Assembly (NCBI GenBank): GCA_025363835.1
Contig: JANYLD010000302.1
Location: 1-16,064, forward strand
Reading direction: 5' to 3'
From: Armatimonadota bacterium
GTDB lineage: Bacteria; Armatimonadota; Fimbriimonadia; Fimbriimonadales; Fimbriimonadaceae
Length of the DNA stretch: 16,064 nt
The number at the start of each line of letters is the position of its first letter. The stretch's first letter is position 1. The notes under the pieces were generated by a model. It ran no database searches. It saw only the letters and a program-made list of their open reading frames with translations, and was not told where the DNA came from. This document shows positions 1 to 6,674 of this stretch, piece by piece. A program made the position numbers and the translations under genes.

Positions 1-80
1 GGCGCTAAAGACGCCGCACTCCATATGGGTCTGCATTGGTTCTCCTGACGTTTAAACCGCAATAGCGGACCGTAGCAGGA

Positions 81-112
81 CGTATGTATATAAGGTATAG
101 TTTAGGTTCAAA
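81..112 (+). promoter_or_regulatory. AT-rich tract upstream of gyrB, possible promoter region
   Basis: Seen in sequence: the only AT-rich stretch before the gyrB start, 'gtatgtatataaggtatagtttaggtt'. It contains the TATA-like hexamers TATATA and TATAGT. No convincing -35 element could be assigned. Confidence 0.2.
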
Positions 113-135
113 CGAGCCTCTTCGCCGCCTACGGA

Positions 136-2361
136 ATGGGCCGCAATAACCCGGCAAGAAGCACAGGGATACCAGCACTCACCATGCCAGACGAAATCAC
201 CCCCCAAGACGACGATCAGCTACAGCATATAGACGAACTCACGAGCAAGGTTCTGGGCGATTACAACGCCGACCAAATCCAGGTTCTGGAAGGGCTTGAA
301 GCGGTTCGTAAACGGCCCGGCATGTATGTGGGCGACAACGGCAAGCGCGGTCTGCACCAGATGTTCAAGGAAGTCCTTGACAACTCGGTAGACGAAGCTT
401 TGGCGGGGCATTGCGACCATATCAGGGTAACCCTGTTTAAGGACAACTCGATGTCGGTTACCGACAACGGGCGCGGCATCCCGGTAGACAAGCACAAGAA
501 GATGGGCGTGAGCGCCCTGCAGGTCGTTATGACCGTGCTCCATGCGGGTGGAAAGTTTGATAACGAGGGCGACAGCGGATATAAAACTTCGGGCGGTCTG
601 CACGGAGTTGGCGTGAGCTGTACGAACGCTTTGGCGGCTTGGATGGAAACGAGTGTCAAGCGCGACGGCAAGATTTACAAACAGCGCTACGAGCAGGGCC
701 GGCCGGTAACTGAAGTCGAAGTCATCGGCACGCTGAAGGACCCGACCGAAACCGGGACGACGCAGCACTGGACGCCGGATCCCACCGTTTTGACGGAGAG
801 CGAGTACGACGTCCACATCATCAAGACTAGAATGCGCGAGTTGGCCTATTTGAACCCTCGTGTGACGTTCGATTACGTTAGCGAGATGAATCCGGACGAC
901 AGCGAAGTCTTCCACTACTCTCGCGGCATCCCGCAGCTTGTCGAGGACGTGAACGAGGGCAAGGAGACCATCCATCCGGTCGTCTTCTTCAAGAAGGTCA
1001 AAGACACCACCGAGTTGGAAGTGGCCCTGCAGTACCACGACGGCTACAACACGACCGTCCTGGCCTTCTCAAACAATATCCACAACCCAGACGGCGGCAC
1101 CCACGTCTCCGGCTTCAGTGCGGCCCTTACAAGGGCCATTAACAGCTATGCGCGCAAGATGGGCTTCCTGAAGGAGAAGGACCTTAACTTCAGCTCCGAA
1201 GACGTGAGCGACGGTTTGACGGCCGTTATCAGCCTGCGGCTGCAGAACCCTTCTTACAACTCGCAGGACAAGGTTAAGTTGGTGACGCCTGAAGTTCAGG
1301 GTCTGACCAACTCGCTGGTGGGCGAAGGGCTAATTACCTTTTTTGAGGAGCACCCTCCCATTGCGCGGCGAATCGTCGACAAGTCGATGATTGCGCAGCG
1401 TGCTAGAGAGGCTGCGAGGAAGGCGGCGGAGAGTATTCGGCGCGGCAACGCCATGGACAGCTTTGGATTGCCTGGCAAGCTGAGCGACTGCGTGAGTAAG
1501 GACGCGTCCAAGTGCGAAATATTCCTGGTAGAGGGCGACTCTGCAGGCGGCTCGGCCAAGCAGGCACGTGACCGCGTGACGCAGGCCATTCTTCCGCTAC
1601 GCGGCAAGATTTTGAACGTTGAGAGGGCGCGGATCGACAAGGCTCTGGACAACGAAGAAATCAAGGCTATGATCGCGGCTCTGGGCGTCGGCATCGACCT
1701 CACGATGGGGCGCGGCAATAGCGCGATGAGCGACGTTGTCGAGCAAGAGGCGCTGGATATGTCGGAAAGCGAGTTTGATGCTGAAGGCAATCCGGTCCCT
1801 AAGACCAATGGGAAGGCAAAGGTTGAGCCTGCTTACATCCTGGCCGGAAACAGCGAAAAGAACAAGAAGAAGGAATACCAGGTCGACTTCGACATCACCA
1901 AGCTCCGCTACGCGAAGGTCATTATCATGACAGACGCGGACGTTGACGGCGAGCACATCCGGACCCTGCTTCTGACCTTCTTCTACCGGTACATGAAGCC
2001 TCTGATCTCGGCGGGCAATATCTACTTGGCCCAGCCGCCCCTCTTCGTTATCAAGGCGGGCAGCAACGAGCGGTATTACGCGATGGATGAGAAAGAGCGC
2101 GACGAGATCATGAGGGGGATGAAGAAGAAGAACATCACGGTCCAGCGCTTTAAGGGTCTGGGGGAGATGAACCCTGAAGAGCTTGAGGAGACGACGATGG
2201 CTCCGGACAAGCGGAAGCTGATGCAAGTCAGGCTGGACCCCGCCTACGAGATGGAGATCGAAGCGATGTTCTCTCGTCTAATGGGCGACAAAGTCGAACC
2301 TCGTCGCGAGTACATCGAAAAGCATGCGAAGACCGCTGGGGACCTTGACTGGCACTATTGA
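136..2361 (+). CDS. gyrB: DNA gyrase subunit B (type IIA topoisomerase ATPase/Toprim subunit)
   Basis: GHKL ATPase motifs are present: LEGLEAVRKRPGMYVGD, VLHAGGKFD, GGLHGVGVS. Toprim motifs are present: LVEGDSAGGSAKQARDR, IMTDADVDGEHIRTLLLTFFYR, QRFKGLGEMNPEEL. The C-terminus MGDKVEPRREYIEKHA resembles the GyrB tail (MGDEVEPRRAFIEENA) rather than ParE. The true start is uncertain: ATG at 136 or ATG at 181. Either gives a roughly 40-55 aa extension before the conserved N-terminus. Confidence 0.85.
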   Translation: MGRNNPARSTGIPALTMPDEITPQDDDQLQHIDELTSKVLGDYNADQIQVLEGLEAVRKRPGMYVGDNGKRGLHQMFKEVLDNSVDEALAGHCDHIRVTLFKDNSMSVTDNGRGIPVDKHKKMGVSALQVVMTVLHAGGKFDNEGDSGYKTSGGLHGVGVSCTNALAAWMETSVKRDGKIYKQRYEQGRPVTEVEVIGTLKDPTETGTTQHWTPDPTVLTESEYDVHIIKTRMRELAYLNPRVTFDYVSEMNPDDSEVFHYSRGIPQLVEDVNEGKETIHPVVFFKKVKDTTELEVALQYHDGYNTTVLAFSNNIHNPDGGTHVSGFSAALTRAINSYARKMGFLKEKDLNFSSEDVSDGLTAVISLRLQNPSYNSQDKVKLVTPEVQGLTNSLVGEGLITFFEEHPPIARRIVDKSMIAQRAREAARKAAESIRRGNAMDSFGLPGKLSDCVSKDASKCEIFLVEGDSAGGSAKQARDRVTQAILPLRGKILNVERARIDKALDNEEIKAMIAALGVGIDLTMGRGNSAMSDVVEQEALDMSESEFDAEGNPVPKTNGKAKVEPAYILAGNSEKNKKKEYQVDFDITKLRYAKVIIMTDADVDGEHIRTLLLTFFYRYMKPLISAGNIYLAQPPLFVIKAGSNERYYAMDEKERDEIMRGMKKKNITVQRFKGLGEMNPEELEETTMAPDKRKLMQVRLDPAYEMEIEAMFSRLMGDKVEPRREYIEKHAKTAGDLDWHY

Positions 2362-2417
2362 TCTCGGATCGCGGATCGCGGACCTTTGAGATCTTAAGTG
2401 CGGAGCTCTAAATTTCC

Positions 2418-2441
2418 TCTCGCCCCTACGGGGTTTCTTAT
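2418..2441 (+). terminator. Weak candidate intrinsic terminator after gyrB
   Basis: A short GC stem, gcccc-tac-ggggt, is followed by tttcttat. The stem is only about 5 bp with a 3-nt loop, so this is tentative. It lies in the convergent intergenic region between gyrB and the minus-strand SPFH gene. Confidence 0.2.
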
Positions 2442-2480
2442 CGCGATTTTCATTCGGGCTGAGTTCTAAATATTCGCTAG

Positions 2481-3254
2481 TTAGAATTCGGGATTTGGTG
2501 CAGCGGGCAGGATGGACATGTCGGTCGTGTTTAGAACGATAGTCGCTCCCTTGGCGTCTCCCAAGCTTTGCAAAATCCTCAACTGCATCAACGCCGGATT
2601 GCCCTCGAGCAGTCGAGCTGCGTTGGCCAAGCTCCGTAACGCGGCTGACTCGGAGCGAGCGCGCTCCAGAGAAGCCAGACCTTCCTTTTGGGCAAGGGCA
2701 ACTTGCGCCATTGCCTTTTTAAGTTCGCCTGGGAACGTAATGTCGCGAAGCTGGACCTCCTCAAGTGAAAGTCCAACTTGCTCGAACCTTGCTTTGCTTG
2801 CCTCGGTGACCCGCGCGGCGATGCTGTCTCGCTGGGCGAGAACTTCATCGGCTGTCAGGTCCGTTACGGCGTCGCGCATAGCGATCTGGACGGCCAGATA
2901 AGCCTCTGAGATGTATGCCTGCGACTCAAGCACAGCTTTGGCAGCGTCCACAACTTGAAATCGGGCAGTTGCAGTGATCTTTACGGCAAGGCCGTCCTTC
3001 GTTAGGATCTCCTGATTCCCGATCGCTGTTGTGGTTGGCCGCACATCGACCATTTGTATGGTCCAGCCCTTACCGAACATTTTGTGCTTTCCGCCCTCCA
3101 AAACCTTATCCAGCTTTCCGTCCTTGAACAGGACTCCGCGCTGGTATTGGAAGACCAGAAACTCCTTGCGGTACGAGGCCAAGACGAGGATGACGGTGAT
3201 CGCCACTGCGACCCCCGCTACAAGTGCTATTCCTACTAAAGATTGAGTGTCCAT
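2481..3254 (-). CDS. SPFH/band-7 (stomatin/prohibitin/HflK-C-like) membrane protein
   Basis: N-terminal TM helix (SLVGIALVAGVAVAITVILVLA), then an SPFH core and a C-terminal coiled-coil region (ALAQKEGLASLERARSESAALRSLANAARLL). The ORF track extends to 3347 using a TTG start. The first ATG (MDTQS, at 3254) gives a typical short N-terminus ahead of the TM helix. Confidence 0.75.
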   Translation of the reverse strand: MDTQSLVGIALVAGVAVAITVILVLASYRKEFLVFQYQRGVLFKDGKLDKVLEGGKHKMFGKGWTIQMVDVRPTTTAIGNQEILTKDGLAVKITATARFQVVDAAKAVLESQAYISEAYLAVQIAMRDAVTDLTADEVLAQRDSIAARVTEASKARFEQVGLSLEEVQLRDITFPGELKKAMAQVALAQKEGLASLERARSESAALRSLANAARLLEGNPALMQLRILQSLGDAKGATIVLNTTDMSILPAAPNPEF

Positions 3255-3691
3255 AGCGATCACATGAGTCCTGCCCGCCGTTGCGACAGGAGAAGGCGGG
3301 GGCTCGAAGCCCACATGGCCGGCTCCTGCTTGCCTTGCGGCCCGCAACTGGACGGGCAGGGTTGTTGGATCTTAACCAGAGTGATTCCTCGGAACACGCA
3401 AAGCGATTGGGCTACGCCTTCTCGCCGCAAACATAGGAATCCTCAATGATTATAAGGGCTCGCCTGCTCAGAGCTCTCCGAAAGTCCCGCGTTCAGAGCA
3501 AATCGACGCTGGGAGCCTACGGTGCTGCAGAAACCTGTGTCCATGGTGGCTTGGCATGTCACGCATAACGTCCGCCCAGCCTTTGAATTGGGGGTATTTC
3601 CTCAGAAAGGGAGCGACCAGGAAAGAGTTCGGGACTCATCCTGGTTCCATTATCCGTCGGCTTCGAGAATTGCAAGCGTAGAATATGAGAG

Positions 3692-3910
3692 ATGACAGAC
3701 TGGGAGCGGATCAATTATTGGACGAAGAAGTTCAACACGTTGTGTTCCGGTAGAGAATACGACGAGAATGGAATCGATCCTTCAGTGCTTCGCGCAAATC
3801 TGCGACTAACACCATCTCAAAGGCTGGAGAAGCATAACCGCGCCGCGCTATTCGTGCGGGTTATGATGCAGGTTGACCAAGACCGAGAACTGACGAGAGT
3901 CAAGCGATGA
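3692..3910 (+). CDS. Small hypothetical protein (72 aa), paralog of the next ORF
   Basis: ATG start, 72 codons. GC is lower than the flanks (about 49%, estimated by eye). Its stop overlaps the next start as ATGA. It shares MTD-ER-W, SG, E/D-x-GxDxS, ANL-x-TP-x-R and RA-x-F motifs with ORF 3907..4125. Confidence 0.5.
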   Translation: MTDWERINYWTKKFNTLCSGREYDENGIDPSVLRANLRLTPSQRLEKHNRAALFVRVMMQVDQDRELTRVKR

Positions 3911-4125
3911 CCGATCTTGAACGCCAATACGAATGGCTCAGAAGCCGAACCATCGAGTCTGGCCAGGACGAGCACGGCAACGACATCTCGGCCGTTGCTG
4001 CTAACCTTGGGATGACCCCGCAGGAGCGCATTGATGAGGCTCTCCGGGCTCGGGCATTCGCCCTAGAGGTAAAGCGTGCAGGAGAAGCCGCCGGACTTAG
4101 AAAGCCTAATACGAGCGCTCGCTGA
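3907..4125 (+). CDS. Small hypothetical protein (72 aa), paralog of the preceding ORF
   Basis: Same length and N-terminus (MTDLER vs MTDWER) as the upstream ORF, and collinear motifs (GNDIS vs NGIDPS; NLGMTPQERIDEALRARAF vs NLRLTPSQRLEKHNRAALF). It is translationally coupled to the upstream ORF through the ATGA overlap. Confidence 0.5.
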   Translation: MTDLERQYEWLRSRTIESGQDEHGNDISAVAANLGMTPQERIDEALRARAFALEVKRAGEAAGLRKPNTSAR

Positions 4126-4573
4126 AAGTCGCGCCAAAGTCGTGCTCATTGGCGGCTACGCGATGATCGCGCATGGCGCGAACACCGAAACTCGGGACGT
4201 GGATTTCGCCTTCGGCCGGGACAGGCACAACATAAGGGCCATTGTCGATGCCCTCGCGCCTTTCAAGCCTGTCCCCAGAGAATTCCCGCCCGGAGTTCCG
4301 TTTATATGGGACGAGCAATCGGTATGGAATTCAAGCTTGTTGACCCTTCAAACGACACTGGGCAAAATTGATTTACTAGGAGAGACTCCGGGCATTAGCA
4401 GCTTTGAGGATCTTTACGCCGATGCGCCAACGATTCGGCTGTACGGGTTTGATGTGCGGGTCGCGTCAATAGATCACTTGCGGGCGATGAAGCAAGCTGC
4501 GGGCAGAGATAAGGATTTAGACCACCTCAAGATGATCGACGGCTTGGTCGGAAAGCAGCCCGATGACGCGTGA
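4076..4573 (+). CDS. Minimal nucleotidyltransferase-fold (Pol-beta superfamily) protein, function unknown
   Basis: The classic NTase signature hG[GS]-x(9-13)-Dh[DE] is present: VVLIGGYAMIAHGANTETRDVDFAF. The C-terminal motif LRAMKQAAGRDKDLDHLKMI resembles the AAGRxxDLxDL tail that I recall in small uncharacterised NTase-fold proteins of bacteria and archaea. GTG start at 4076 is preceded by a strong Shine-Dalgarno AGAGGT with a 5-nt spacer. It overlaps the upstream ORF by 50 nt in a different frame. An alternative start at GTG 4142 would leave too little sequence before the GG of the NTase motif for a complete fold. Confidence 0.6.
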   Translation: MQEKPPDLESLIRALAESRAKVVLIGGYAMIAHGANTETRDVDFAFGRDRHNIRAIVDALAPFKPVPREFPPGVPFIWDEQSVWNSSLLTLQTTLGKIDLLGETPGISSFEDLYADAPTIRLYGFDVRVASIDHLRAMKQAAGRDKDLDHLKMIDGLVGKQPDDA

Positions 4574-4592
4574 CGGATTGAAGATCGAGAGG

Positions 4593-5171
4593 CTACGCGG
4601 GCAGCATCCTTTCCACATACTTTGCAATCAAATCGAATTCGAGATTGATTCTGTCACCCGTTTGGCGTTCGCCAAGGTTGGTTTCTTGCAGCGTGTGGGG
4701 AATGATCCAGACATCGAAGGCGGTGTCCTGGAGATTCACCACGGTAAGGGAAATCCCGTCAACAGTTACCGAGCCTTTCTCGATTAAATAGCGATCGAGT
4801 TCGGCCGGGGCTTGGAAGCGGAAGATCGTCGCGTTTTCTGCGGGAGTGATGGAAACGACGGCACCGGTGGCGTCTACATGGCCCTGGACGATGTGGCCTC
4901 CGAAGCGGCCGTCGGCTCGCATGGCACGTTCTAGGTTCACGGTTGAGCCGGGAGCGAGGGTTCCAAGAGAGGTGCGAGCTAGAGTTTCTGGGCTTAGGTC
5001 GAAGCTCAGTCCGCTCGTTGCGGAGACCACAGTGAGGCAGCAGCCGTTGATGGCCACGCTTTCGCCAATTTTCCAGGGATCGTTTTCGAAGCCTCGGACG
5101 ACCTCGAGGGTTAGGACGCCTTCAGATAGGGAGCGGACTTTGCCGAGGCCTTCGATAATGCCCGTAAACAT
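4593..5171 (-). CDS. ribE: Riboflavin synthase (alpha chain)
   Basis: N-terminus MFTGIIEGLGKV, then AINGCCLTVV, TVNLERAMRADGRFGGHIVQGHVDATG and a second lumazine-binding repeat (GSVTVDGISLTVV). 192 aa. Confidence 0.85.
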   Translation of the reverse strand: MFTGIIEGLGKVRSLSEGVLTLEVVRGFENDPWKIGESVAINGCCLTVVSATSGLSFDLSPETLARTSLGTLAPGSTVNLERAMRADGRFGGHIVQGHVDATGAVVSITPAENATIFRFQAPAELDRYLIEKGSVTVDGISLTVVNLQDTAFDVWIIPHTLQETNLGERQTGDRINLEFDLIAKYVERMLPA

Positions 5172-5177
5172 TGCTTT

Positions 5178-5960
5178 CTAGTGTGCCTTAGTCATCGCTT
5201 GGTGGATGAACACTCCGGTCATGACGACGCCGTAGGCGACGATGGCCCAGCGGAGCTTATTGGGGTCGAACCGTTGAGACGTTCGTGCACCGACATAGCC
5301 GCCTATGAGGCCGCCTACGACGAGGGCGGAGGCCGGGAGGAGAAGAATGAGACGCTGGAAGAAAAAGAGGGCTGTACAGGCGATGTTGATGACCACGGCG
5401 AGCCAGTTCTTGAGAGAGTTAAGTTCGTGGACGTTGCCTTCAACCGTTAGTGAAATCGTAGCCAGCATCATGATCCCCATCCCTGCGCCGAAATAGCCGC
5501 CGTAGATGGCGACGAGAAACTGCAGGAGTATTCCAACCCACATGGGCAGCTTCTTTGGCTGGTTGGCCGCCCATTTTTTAATGTAGGGCTGGAAGGCGAG
5601 AATCCCGGTTGCGAGGAGGATGAGGACGGGAATGATTGCGTCAAATATTTTTTGCCGAGTTGAAACGAGCAGGAGGGCGCCCACGATCGAGCCGAGGAGA
5701 GTTGGAACAAGAAGCAGCTTCAGCTGTCGCTCCGTTTGTTTGAACAAGTTGATAAACCCAAAGGCGCCAGACAACGAGCCGGGCCAAAGCCCGGTGGAGT
5801 TTGTTGCGTTCGCCATACGGCTAGGGATGCCAAAGGGGATGGTAAGAACAGGGAAGGAGATGAGTGTTCCGCCGCCCGCCACGGCGTTGATGCCCGACGC
5901 GACCGCTCCAAGGAGAATGAGGAGCGCGTAGCCTAAGGGGGTGTCGGCCGAGAAGTGCAA
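5178..5960 (-). CDS. TauE/SafE (DUF81) family anion exporter-like membrane protein
   Basis: Polytopic membrane protein of about 8 helices. The family Gly-rich motif NAVAGGGTLISFP is present and repeats in the C-terminal half (GGYFGAGMGIMM, GGLIGGYVG). It sits 6 nt upstream of ribE and 3 nt downstream of ribH on the same strand. Confidence 0.7.
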   Translation of the reverse strand: MHFSADTPLGYALLILLGAVASGINAVAGGGTLISFPVLTIPFGIPSRMANATNSTGLWPGSLSGAFGFINLFKQTERQLKLLLVPTLLGSIVGALLLVSTRQKIFDAIIPVLILLATGILAFQPYIKKWAANQPKKLPMWVGILLQFLVAIYGGYFGAGMGIMMLATISLTVEGNVHELNSLKNWLAVVINIACTALFFFQRLILLLPASALVVGGLIGGYVGARTSQRFDPNKLRWAIVAYGVVMTGVFIHQAMTKAH

Positions 5961-5963
5961 GGC

Positions 5964-6425
5964 TTACAGGTTATCCAATAAGCTCGACATCTCGATGGCG
6001 GCTAGGGCCGCTTCCCTTCCCTTGTTTCCATGCTTCATGCCCGCTCGCTCAAGCGCTTGCTCCATCGTGTCTGGGGTGAGGACGCCCCAAGCGATGGGTA
6101 TGCCGTGCTCGGTTTGGAGCGACATGAGGCCAGAACTGACGTCGGAGCCGAGAAGTTTGGCGTGTGTGGTTTGGCCCTGAAGGATGCAGCCGAGGGCGAT
6201 CACACCATTAGGCTTGTTCTGCTTTCGGGTGACGATCTTGCGCACCGCGACGGGCATCTCCCAGGTGCCGGGGACGCTGACGATTTCTACTTTGGGGTCG
6301 CCGTGTGCTTTGAGCTCATCGAGCGCGCCCTCTACAAGTTGTTTGGTGACCAACTCATTCCAGCGGCTGACCACGATTACAAATCGCTTCCCGCCCGCAT
6401 CCATGCGCCCTCGAATGGCATCCAT
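5964..6425 (-). CDS. ribH: 6,7-dimethyl-8-ribityllumazine synthase
   Basis: KRFVIVVSRWNELVTKQLVEGALDELKAHG, VSVPGTWEMPVAV and GVIALGCILQGQTTHAKLL are lumazine synthase motifs. The ORF track extends the reading frame to 6581. The start was chosen at ATG 6425 (MDAIRGRMDAGGKRF) to give a typical N-terminus. ATG 6404 is an alternative. Confidence 0.8.
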   Translation of the reverse strand: MDAIRGRMDAGGKRFVIVVSRWNELVTKQLVEGALDELKAHGDPKVEIVSVPGTWEMPVAVRKIVTRKQNKPNGVIALGCILQGQTTHAKLLGSDVSSGLMSLQTEHGIPIAWGVLTPDTMEQALERAGMKHGNKGREAALAAIEMSSLLDNL

Positions 6426-6453
6426 CACCTTAAAGTATGGCTCTCCTTTGGGA

Positions 6454-6541
6454 GTGCGAGAGCTTGCTCGCGCTTTTGCAGGTTCTTTGTGGGGGCGGTT
6501 CTTAGCATGAAGCCGCAAAAGCGCGAGCAAGAGCTCTCGCA
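6454..6541. repeat. Long near-perfect hairpin (about 25-bp stem, 2-nt bulge, 35-nt loop)
   Basis: Left arm tgcgagagcttgctcgcgcttttgc (6454-6478). Right arm gcaaaagcgcgagcaagagctctcgca (6514-6540). They are reverse complements apart from an extra 'ag'. It lies 29 nt upstream of the ribH start on the minus strand. Confidence 0.8.
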
Positions 6542-6559
6542 CTCCCAAATGAATCCTTA

Positions 6560-6665
6560 TCCATCCCTCAACCCGCCCCACCGGGTTGAGGCTTCTCTGG
6601 GATTTCGCGATTCGGAGGTGGGATACCGAATGACCCTCAACCCGGTGGGGCGGGTTGAGGGATGG
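6560..6665. repeat. Two inverted copies of a roughly 30-40-nt GC-rich palindromic element (REP/MITE-like)
   Basis: Copy A is 6560-6590: ccatccctcaacccg-ccccac-cgggttgagg. Copy B is 6633-6664: ccctcaacccg-gtgggg-cgggttgagggatgg. Each copy is a 10-11-bp-stem hairpin, and B is the exact reverse complement of A including the loop. A shared AATCC lies a few nt outside each copy. They sit between the 3' end of the minus-strand SPFH gene and the ribH upstream region. Confidence 0.75.
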
Positions 6666-6674
6666 GGTTCCGGA

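Noticed and set aside
220-2226. Long antisense ORFs inside gyrB: 220..1038, 261..671, 1296..1808 and 1597..2226 on the minus strand, and 1736..1930 on the plus strand.
   Set aside because: They overlap a strongly supported conserved gene. Their translations are low-complexity and Arg/Ala/Leu-rich, as expected from reading GC-rich coding DNA in the wrong frame. No motifs were seen.
2481-3347. Longer 288-aa version of the first SPFH protein starting at 3347.
   Set aside because: It would need a TTG start. It would add 31 non-hydrophobic residues before the TM anchor, which is atypical for SPFH proteins. The first ATG at 3254 is preferred.
3243-3449. Small + strand ORFs 3031..3246, 3054..3239 and 3243..3449 near the SPFH gene start.
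   Set aside because: They overlap the SPFH coding region or its upstream in other frames. They lack a start context and any recognisable motif.
3348-3691. Searched the large intergenic regions 3348-3691, 9335-9560 and 13521-13781 for tRNA-like T-loop (GGTTCGANTCC) and cloverleaf signatures, and for integrase remnants flanking the cassette.
   Set aside because: No T-loop or D-loop consensus and no integrase or att-like direct repeats were found. The cassette's mobility is inferred only from GC content and context.
6454-6665. The hairpins as rho-independent terminators for the upstream SPFH gene.
   Set aside because: None of the three hairpins is followed by a U-run on the transcribed (minus) strand.
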